Source: Octopus vulgaris (Eukaryota). Taken from it: a DNA stretch of 64,000 bases. Both the position numbers and the translations under genes were made by a program. The stretch spans positions 112,096,001-112,160,000 of the forward strand of contig OX597817.1 in assembly GCA_951406725.2 (NCBI GenBank), read 5' to 3'. Of this stretch, positions 54,831 to 64,000 are shown one piece after another. How positions within the stretch are numbered: the first letter of the stretch is position 1; each line of letters starts with the position of its first letter. The notes beneath the pieces are model-generated. The model made no database searches. It had not been told where the DNA came from and saw only the letters and a program-made list of their open reading frames with translations.

Positions 54831-56468
54831 TGAAAAAACACTAGTGATCTTTGCCAGTTGCAGCTATTTTCTCAGCTTGTTTTTATTTTTTTATTCTTGA
54901 ATTTAAAATAACCTCAAAGTAATGCATATTAAATAAAATGATCAGTAGATAAGCAGCTAATGGTAATTGAGAGAATAGACCTGATAAAATTTAGAACAAA
55001 TTTGAGTGAATGATTTTTTTTAAGGGTTTTTGACTCCATCTTGGTTAAAAACTATTTAGTATAGGTTATGTTAAACCTAAGTATTACACAATCTTTTCTT
55101 TTAAAAACTTTGTCATCATCATATGTTTTTCCATGCTGGCATCAATATGATTTGACTATAAAAATGTTTTTTTTTATATCTTGTTTAGAGAAAATTGAAG
55201 TATGGAGTATTTAGGTTAATATATATTTGTGAGCATTTAACTTATAATTAACATAACATTTATTGATTTTTAATCTATTGTATTAAATAAAACTACTAAA
55301 ACTTAAAAAAAACTACAGGTATTTTATTAATATTTCTCTTTTCATAATTAATCAGATAAAACTGATGTAGTAGTTCCTTACATATTTCTCAGTAACATAT
55401 ATTAAAGAAAGTAAAAACAGGCATGTTGGATGGAAGAAGATCATAAATACAAATGATGTAGCAGAAATAATTATAGTTATCTTAATGAGAACTGGAATAA
55501 AATTCAAGTTTTATAAAGTTTTATTTCATATATTACTGGAATATTAACTTCTTCTTTCTTTTTTTTTTTAAGTTTGAATATTGTAATCTAGCCATATATT
55601 TTTAGCTCTGCAATTGGCTTATTTCTGAGTTTGAGCTACACATGAATCAACTGTTTTATATGAACACGCTTCTTTACATTACCTTAAATTCAGTTTACTA
55701 AAAAAAAAATTAGCAAATCAAGTAGTCTTAAGAAATAGTACTTTTTATTTTGATAATATGAATATAAATCCATTTTACATTGAACATTTAATTTAAAAAA
55801 ATGATATTATAAGACAAAAAATTAGGGTTAGGAGTAATTCATCTTAGATTTTAAAATATATAATTTTAATACATTTTGAGTAAATTGAGTAGATTTTAAG
55901 ATATACAATTTTAATACCTTTTGAGTAAATTTAGATGTTATAGTTAAAATGTAAAATGATATTTATATTTGCTCCAGTAGAATACTGTCAAGAATGTACA
56001 ATGAAATGAAGTTAAGAAATTAATTATAAAACGATATTATCAGTACAAAATTACTTTAGTTCATATATTGATATATTTCCCATTTATTAGACTTTCTCTA
56101 ACTACAGTTCTAGCTCATGGAAAGAACATTAAAAATAATATCTTTATATGAATAGTATAACTGTTACTCCTGAAATATTTTTTTAGTGCTCCCCGCCATT
56201 TATTAACGTACTAATATATTTTATGATAGTTCTTTATTATTGATAACATTTAATCTTATGTATTCCTCATTTTTATTACTTTTTACTCTAGTTTTCTTTT
56301 CAATATTTTTCTGGTCATTCCTCAAGTTAGTTAGATTTTTATCCAAGCTATAACCATTCCATTTTGTGGTTTATTTTTATTGTTTAATATGAATATTTAT
56401 TTACTCAGCACATAAGGCTACAAGAAAACATATCAATGGCATTTCACTTTTAAGGAAAAAAACAAACG

Positions 56469-56547
<79 letters not shown>

Positions 56548-57556
56548 GGATTTTGTTACTTGAATTGTTATTATTTTCAATGTTAGTGTGAAATTCTAAT
56601 TGCTATTTCCATGGTTCCTCATTTTCATAGTCAGTGATATCCCGTTTCTCTTAAGTGGGATTTCTTACAGCTATTTGGTATTATTTTATTGTAAACTGAT
56701 TAGTAAAATTGGCTTGGAACAATTCTGTAAGGTATTTAAACTGATTTTGTTATATATATTTTTTAAAAACTATTCCATTGAGCATATATTTGTGAATTAA
56801 GTATCAAAACTTCTCTCTTTTGAAATATTTCCACATTAATGGAATCTAGTTACTGTCTACATCTAGAATGTCTGCTGAATAAATGGTTGCTTTATATGTT
56901 GTAAATGTGTCAGCTTACCTTGTAAAGTTTTGCTGTTTCCTATCCACTGCCATCTATTATTTTGAAGAATGATCTATCTGATCATATGCAGTTAAGAAAA
57001 ACAATTTAAATGAAAAAAAAAAAAGTACTTTTATAAAAGCCATAAATTTTATTGGACTGACTTTGGTGGAATGAAACTAGACTGCTAATATAAGGCTGTC
57101 TGGCTAGACCCATCAAGGGGACAATTCTATGTTTATATGTATATATTTGTTGACTTTTTTCTATTGTTAAATTGTGAATAATTGTCAATGGTAAATATAA
57201 CTGGAAAATTGAAATGGTTTGTAAATACTTTAAAAATATAATCTTAAATTGGTCTCTATATTTGTGATTTTACAAATGAAAATGTATAACTATTACAAAA
57301 ATAATGGCTTTCTTTTTAAAACTAACAATGCAATATTCAGACATTTTACATATGCTTTTCCTGTTTTACATGTGTATTTCATAATATTTGATAATACCTA
57401 CACTGTAATCTATAAATTCACAGTTTTCATCGTTCTTTAAACCAAGAAAGGAAAAAATATATGTAATTCTGGTCTTCTGAATCCTTGTTTCACTTTTTAT
57501 GGATCTTTAAATGCTTTGAATATTTGGTTTTATGTTATCATACTCTTGTAATTCAG

Positions 57557-57607
57557 GCTGTAAAAGAAGTTATTCTGCTGACAGTGATGATGATGATGAT
57601 CTGTATT
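57557..57607 (+). CDS. NIPBL: NIPBL microexon, 51 nt, acidic, phase 1/1
   Basis: attcAG|gc...tatt|GTAAGT. Reads CKRSYSADSDDDDDLY, comparable to the human KYAEISSDEDNDSD patch. Confidence 0.75.
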
Positions 57608-59029
57608 GTAAGTATTTAATTATTCTTTAGTTGTTTATCAGTATTTCCTAAAGTGCGATGCTGCTGTTTATATGCCAGATTTTATATGGAGCACATTTTG
57701 TACTGATGGGAATTTCTCTAACCTACACTATGTTTGCCCTAAGGTCTGATTACCTCTCCCCTAATATTTTATGTATTTTTTCTATACCCTAGGACCTTTA
57801 TACTATCAACTGACAATATTCGATCCTATTCAGCTGAGAGCGTCTTCATTCCTCAACTCTCCATGTACAACATCTTCCACTTATAAATTAGACTCCTCAT
57901 GCCAAACATGCTTTGTTTCCATGAACAGCAAATATAAAAATGTCCTCTAATGAGGACATGATAATCTAATCTCTTTCAACTATAAAAAGACACAATTGCT
58001 ACTCATATCAAGGAAATGACCTTGTATTCTACTCCGTTTTAGTTATGGAGAATATAAACATATGATTAAAATGTTCAAAGTTACATATAAAAATCACACT
58101 TTTAAACAGTATTTTCTGGTAATCCAACTTACGTAAAAACTAGCTTAAATTGAATTCTGCAGAATGGGCTTCCTCTTTGGAGTTAGAATATAGTTTAGCT
58201 GTGATCAGTTGCTGATTTCAAGCTAACTAACTCAAGTAAGTTTCATATCTGAGATAATGCTGCTGCCACCTATACAAATGCATCCTAAGCTGCTTCCCAA
58301 AGAGTTAATTTGTCTGATTGGAAAAATATTCACTGATGTATTACTACCTTATGCTCAAAAATGGCATTACATTCCCTCCTATGTATATGCTTTGTGAGTG
58401 AATTTGGAAGGTAAAAACCTTTGTGTGTATGTATGTGTGTGTGCATATAGGCATTCATGCTCCTTTCTGACATACACTCACAAATGATGGGCTTTCATAC
58501 AGTTACAGTTAAAATATACTGTGATATATATATGAGTAAAAAATAAGTGCATTACCTCGATGGTAAGACTGTGGGTGAACACACATACACAGAGGAATAC
58601 AGGAATTATCTTTCTTTTTTTTTTTTTCTGCAGTAGCACAATGGGGTGAAAGGTTGGGGCTGAGGGGAAGGCCACACTGCTGCTAAAAACTATGAAGCAC
58701 ACACAAGTATGCATACACACACAAGAACACAAACACATGTGAACATCAGGATACACATCTTAGAAGAACAGAATGGAGTAATAAACGAGTGAAGATAAAA
58801 AAATAAACAAACAAGTAAAATGACCATCCCGAAATACAACAATAGTTACATAAGTAATATTTCAAAAATTTCACTGATAATGTTCACTTTTGGTGGCTCC
58901 AGCAGCGTGAAATTGTAAGGATCTTTTGGACATTGAATAATGAGAAATTAGCTACGAATTTTCTGTTGTGTTTTTGTCAAATTTTCCTTTTGATATGTTT
59001 CTGTGAAACTTTTGAACTATATATATATA

Positions 59030-59821
59030 CTAGCAGCATAGCCCGGCGTTGCCCGGGTATGTAAGAGCCCCTAGTAGGCAACGACTAATCCCAATCTAGT
59101 CCTTTTCCTCTAGGGAACGAAGGCGCATGTGTAGGTTGCAATGTCTTCTCTTCACTCCCAAATAACTATCAAACAGCTATCGATAATTCAACCCAACCAA
59201 TTCCTACCAGGAAGAAATTACATTCGAGACTTTACCCCCCACTTCTGCTAATAGCTGCTGCAGCTGCAAGTTATTCGAATACTTTTTTTGTTTACACTTT
59301 CTTTATAACTACCACCCCAAACGTTTTACCTTAAATTTTTGACGTACCCTAAGGGTCCTCGGACACTACTTGCAAACTCTTGGTTTATTATAAACCGCTT
59401 TTGTCGTGTGCATCAAAAAACCTTTTCCATTCGTTTGTTCAGTTTGGTCACTTTTGACTTTTTCGTTGTTGTCACTCACATTGCTGCCCGCTTTTTTTGC
59501 CGTTTTGGTACATTTTTATACATTTTGGGATACTTACCCCACGTGTTCCGAGAGTTAAAAAGGTCGAGTTGCGTCCCCTAGACAGTCTGTAGAAAATGTG
59601 TTGCATATAAAAAGCTTAGATTCTCGACCCATGTCGAATTTATCGATTTTTTTTCAGAACTGGGGGAACTTTTCAAAATTTTCGCTGCGTTAGTTTTGAA
59701 TTATGACATTGGGCTATGTGTGTGTCAAGTTTCATCAGAATCGGTTGAAAGCCGTGGTCAGGGTGAGGGTACAACCTGACAGACACACAGATAGACAAAC
59801 TGCCGTTTATATATAGAGAGA
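59030..59821 (-). mobile_element. Non-autonomous Helitron-like element
   Basis: Minus strand: A|TCTCTCTATATATAAA...cccgg-gcaacg-ccggg hairpin, 8 nt, then CTAG|T. No TSD; CpG retained, suggesting a young copy. Confidence 0.8.
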
Positions 59822-59834
59822 TATGTGTATACAC

Positions 59835-59884
<50 letters not shown>

Positions 59885-60204
59885 TTTACATTATTTATAT
59901 TTGATGGATATTTGTCCTCATCTTGTTTGTTTTTAACACAACATTTCAGCTGAGATACCCTCCAGCCTTCATCAGGTATCTTGGGGAAATTTTTGAACCT
60001 GGGCTCTCATTCCTAAGGTTTTTTTCTTTTCTTTTTTTTTTGATGTTGCTATTATTATTATTATTATTAAGGTCACTGCTTGGAATCGAACTTGGAATCT
60101 TGAGGTTAGTATCCATGCTTTTAACCACTACGCCATATACCCGTGGGCCACAGGCATATGGCAAGGTGGTTAAGAGCACAGGCTACTAACCCCAAGATTT
60201 AATG

Positions 60205-60238
<34 letters not shown>

Positions 60239-60412
60239 TAATAATAATAATGATAACAACATAAAAAAAACCCCCATAGGAATGAGAACCCAGGTTCAAA
60301 AATTTTCCCAAGACACCTGATATATCAGCTGAAATGTTGTGTGAATAACCAACAAGATGAGCACAAATATCCATCAAATGTAAATAATGTACATAATTCC
60401 TCATCTCTTAAA
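59885..60412. mobile_element. Head-to-head pair of a tRNA-headed SINE (family C) with hammerhead-like 3' region
   Basis: Minus copy 59885-60145 has A-box tggcgtagtgg and B-box gttcgattc. Plus copy 60148-60412. Both have an (aat)n spacer and the tail ...acctga(tga)...cagctgaaatgttgtgt...caaatatccatcaaat. Confidence 0.8.
59935..59980 (-). ncRNA. Minimal hammerhead core inside the SINE
   Basis: gatac-CTGATGA-a-ggctg-gagggtatct-cagct-GAAA-tgtt-gtgtt. Stem II is ggctg/cagct and stem I is ga(t/c)ac/gtgtt; stem III is essentially absent. Confidence 0.6.
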
Positions 60413-60425
60413 TATATATATATAT

Positions 60426-60970
60426 AATGTAGGATGATAAAATTTTTTCTAAAAAAATTTTATCAATGGCTAGCATATTAAAAAATACCTTTAAAGGTTA
60501 AATTTATAAATAACTTATAAAATAAGGGCAAAAGATAAATTCTAATGCCAAATATGCCGAAATTTGACAAATTGTCAATAACCATTATAATTTATGCGTC
60601 TCAAAACATGCCGATAGAAATTTCTAAAAAATTCCGTTATTACCGTATTGGTCCCAATTTCAAAGTTAATTCATAAGAATTTTCTTCTCCTCAGCAATAA
60701 ATATGTCAGACATAAATGAAATACTTACTCATACTCATGAAAAAAGCAAGCACTAAGTCCTGAGCAGACCTAAGTACCCCAAATATATCCAAAATAGAAA
60801 ATCTTCAGCACATTTTGAGACACGTGTGATTCGAACTAAAAACTTTCACAGAGTGAGAGAGTCCGGAAGTCAACACTATTAAATTTACATCTAATGTAGG
60901 ATAAATTTTTTTGAAGAAAGATTTTATCAATGGCTAGCCTATTAAAAAATACCTTTAAAGGTTAAATTTT
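60426..60970. mobile_element. AT-rich element with direct terminal repeat of about 75 bp (pLTR-like) and internal inverted repeat of about 30 bp
   Basis: aatgtaggat...tttatcaatggctagc(a/c)tattaaaaaatacctttaaaggttaaattt at 60426-60505 and 60893-60969. Inverted repeat at 60596-60626 / 60795-60823. Confidence 0.55.
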
Positions 60971-61567
60971 TCTATTTTGACAACTGATGCTGCCATGTTT
61001 ACATCTCTGTAACTTAACAGTTTGGCAAAAGAGACCAATAGGCTTGCAAAGAATACGTCTTAGGGTTGATTCGTTCGACTAAAGGCAATGCTCCAGCATG
61101 GCCACAGTCTAAATGACTGAAACAAATAAAAGAATACAAACAATATTATGTGTGTGTGCAGTTTGCATTTTTATAATATAGTTTATATGATTAAATACTT
61201 AGCTAGAGCTAGTAACCCAAGATAAACTGGTCAAAATTTTATCTGCATTAAACATGGATATTAATTGTTACATAGGTCATAAAGACGTAAAAACCATTTT
61301 TATTTATTTTAACAATCATTGATCACTTAACTGAACTCATTGTACATTGAATAACTATTGAAGCAGTCATTTGTATGTCATTTAACAATGAGTATCCATA
61401 TTCTTTACTTAATAGATATTCTTTTCTGAATAGTTGAAGCAAAAGCATAATAGTTTTATTTTTAGTTGGCAATATAAAATTTTTGTTAGAAAAAAAGTAC
61501 CCCCCCCCAATTCTGTTTCATCTGATGATTGTTGTTATTTAAAGGGAGAAATATGAAATCTTAACAC

Positions 61568-61905
61568 AGGTGCAGGCATGGCTGCAGTCCCATTGCATGG
61601 CGCCTTGGGCAAGTGTCTTCTACTATAGCCTCGGGCCAACCAAAGCCTTGTGAGTGGATTTGGTAGATGGAAACTGAAAGAAGCCTGTTGTATATGTATA
61701 TGTTTGTGTGTCTGTGTTTGTCCCCCACACTATAGCTTGATAACTCATGTTGGTGTGTTTACATCCTTGGAACTTAGCGGCTTGGCAAAAGAGACCGATA
61801 AAATAAGTACTAGGCTTACAAAGAATAAGTCTGGGGCTCAATTTATTTGACTAAAGGCAGTGCTCCAGCATGGCCGCAGTCAAGTGACTGAAACAAGTAA
61901 AAGAA
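61568..61905 (+). mobile_element. SINE family A, internally deleted head
   Basis: ggtgcaggcatggctg|cagtcccattgcatggcgccttgggcaagtgtctt...tgactgaaacaagtaaaagaa. Confidence 0.8.
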
Positions 61906-63003
61906 TATTGTGTGATTGAGGAATACACTGGCTAAAAGTGTATCTATATGCCCTTCAGATGCAAAGAAGTGTTAAAATCTCTACTTAGTACCTATCCTTT
62001 TGGAATTTTAGAACATAGTATTAAAAAGAGATGGTGCCTTTTGACACCAGCATGCCTGATACAGCCCAAGCTCCTTGGATATAAAACTATCAATTTTAAA
62101 AATATCTATATTTAAATATAAACATTCCCTTCATGTTTTACCTAAGGACATTTTAATTAACTTTTAAAATACCAGATTAATAATGGATTAATTAACCATC
62201 TTTTTTTTTCATTCCTTAAAACTCTTTATTATTGAAATATATGAGCAGTGTTTTTAATTAGAAGAGTGAAAAGAATAAACTAGCATTCATTATTTTGTAA
62301 TAGATTAGACAAAAATTCTCAAAAGAAAAATTTTAATAAAACTACTCTAATCCTATGTGTGTGTGTGTATAAATGTTCTTATTTTTAAATAGCTAAAAAT
62401 TAGTGGCATGAAATAGTCGGAAATAGGCAAGAAATAGTCTATTAAGAAGTTTAAAAAGAGAAAGGTTTCTAATAAAATCTTTTACCTGATGATGAAAGGC
62501 TATTTTCTTTTTCTAGAATAAATAATTTAACAAATTATTTATTGGCAAATTAGCAAAGATGTTCGAAAATCTAATAGAATAATTCTTGGCACCAACTATC
62601 TGTACTCTGTTGCCAAGGTCAACTTTGCCTTTCGTCCTTTCATGATTGATAAAAATCTACGAATCCAGTGTAGTGGATTAGCAGAGACATAAGAATGTTT
62701 AACTGGATGCCACGCAATAATTGTTCTGGCTATTTGCATTCTGAATTCTAATCTTACTTGGATGGCAGACTCAGTCTCTCACCCAGTTTAACAGCATCAG
62801 CTGGCACCTTTATAGGAGTCAAAACTGAACTGATGTCTAGTTTGAAGATGTCTCCATCCCTCCCACCAATGTTGGAGGACCACCTGTCTGTAAGCAAGAA
62901 GAAAAATTTATTATTCCAATAGTTTGTTAGAGCAGTCATTAGAGTCAACTTTTCAGACATAAATTGAAATTTATAGTTGTGAATTCACTGGTTATTATAT
63001 ATA

Positions 63004-63215
63004 TATTTCTTTACTGCCCACGAGGGGCTAAACATAGAGGGGACAAACAAGGACAGACAAAGGGATTAAGTCGATTACATTGACCCCAGTGCGAAACTGG
63101 TACTTTAATTATCGACCCCGAAAGAATGAAAAGCAAAGTCGACCTCAGCAGAATTTGAACTCAGAATGTAGCAGCAGACGAAATACTGCTAAGCATTTCA
63201 GTCGGCGTGCTAAAA
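63004..63215 (-). mobile_element. SINE (family D, Meta-domain-like core) with 15-bp TSD
   Basis: TSD tggttattatatata at 62989-63003 and 63216-63230; core gagttcaaattctgctgaggtcgactttgcttttcattctttcggggtcgataa. Older copies near 37950, 39300, 39500, 44850, 49100-49380 and 62600. Confidence 0.82.
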
Positions 63216-63267
63216 TGGTTATTATATATAGTTTACAAATTATTTATCTTGTAATCTTTCATTTCAG

Positions 63268-63423
63268 CTCAAAAGAAGAGAAGAAAGAGAAATAAAAGGC
63301 TTCATCAAAGAGCGCTGTCTATAGATGAACTTCTTGAAAGTCCAACTTTTAAAAAATTTGTAACATCAATTGAGTATGTGTTTGATTCTGCTGAAGATAT
63401 AGATTTTGGATCTTTGGATCCAG
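63268..63423 (+). CDS. NIPBL: NIPBL exon, basic NLS-like patch and start of the conserved core, phase 1/1
   Basis: tttcAG|ct...ccag|GTAAGT. Reads QKKRRKRNKRLHQRALSIDELLESPTFKKFVTSIEYVFDSAEDIDFGSLDP versus human KLTPEEMMDSSTFKRFTASIENILDNLEDMDF. Confidence 0.93.
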
Positions 63424-64000
63424 GTAAGTAATTTTACTGGCTTTCCCACTACTGTTGGTGTAACATACTCTTCTTTATCTTTTATATACTATTGATACCT
63501 TGCAGTATGAGTTTCATTCCATGATGGAGCTTGTTTTATGATTTACTCATTTTACAAACCAGTTTTCCCCATTGAAATTAATTCAAATATAATTAATCCG
63601 TTCCAACACCCCCAAACCACCCAAAATCATTTTTCATGGGTTTTAAAACAGAAAAGGTGCAGTTACAAGGAAAATGATCATTATAAAAACAATAAAAAAG
63701 AATGCAAAAGAAATATGTAAACTGGTTTTATTAATTTAATTACCTTAAAGATGGGACAATTTGTGCACAAGGAAGACAATGGAGTAGGGAGGAGGAGGAT
63801 TATTGTTTGGGAGGAGCACCTCCTTCCATTAAGACTTGAGGAAGAACAATTTCTGGCATTTTTTTCTCTCATTTAGCTTAATTTAGGCTTTTCCTTCACT
63901 TTCTTCACTTTTCACACTTATAGGTTGTTTCGTTAGAAACATATCAAAAGAAACCTGCTTTTTCAAAATGTTATGAAAATGTACCAGAGCAGTGTCATTA

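Noticed and set aside
55822-55935. TTAGGG-like pair and a tandem duplication of about 45 bp
   Set aside because: Fewer than two perfect telomeric units and an ordinary local duplication; expected by chance.
57557-57607. Direct phase-0 splice from 51396 giving AVKEVILLTVMMMMICI
   Set aside because: It would put the conserved 63268 exon out of frame; the phase-1 reading via the microexons fits.
60596-60823. Possible hammerhead (CTGAAGA...GAAA on minus)
   Set aside because: The CTGAAGA lies inside a simple inverted repeat of about 30 bp, and no proper stem III or cleavage triplet geometry is evident.

Overview
AT-rich, microsatellite-dense animal genomic DNA with a repeat landscape that I infer is octopus/cephalopod. 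The window holds ten + strand coding exons (29379-63423, 488 complete codons, all splice phases compatible) of the cohesin loader Nipped-B/NIPBL. They run from the conserved N-terminal ELKD...EGDIP block through polyQ-rich exons, a PxVxL motif and three consecutive microexons to the start of the conserved core. I could not find the start-codon exons, and the HEAT-repeat exons lie beyond the window. The rest is intronic transposon debris: Tc1 and mariner relics, RTE LINEs, several SINE families, Helitron-like elements, TTAA, hAT and other MITEs, and Penelope-like relics. The most interesting signals are: (i) two adjacent RTE LINE copies that each carry a twin-priming-type 5' inversion anchored in (TA)n DNA; (ii) at least five hammerhead-ribozyme-like motifs, four with a long AT-rich or extended stem II and a short, mostly palindromic loop III; (iii) a tRNA-headed SINE carrying a hammerhead core, present as a head-to-head fold-back pair. 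All coordinates were read by eye, and no searches or folding programs were run.
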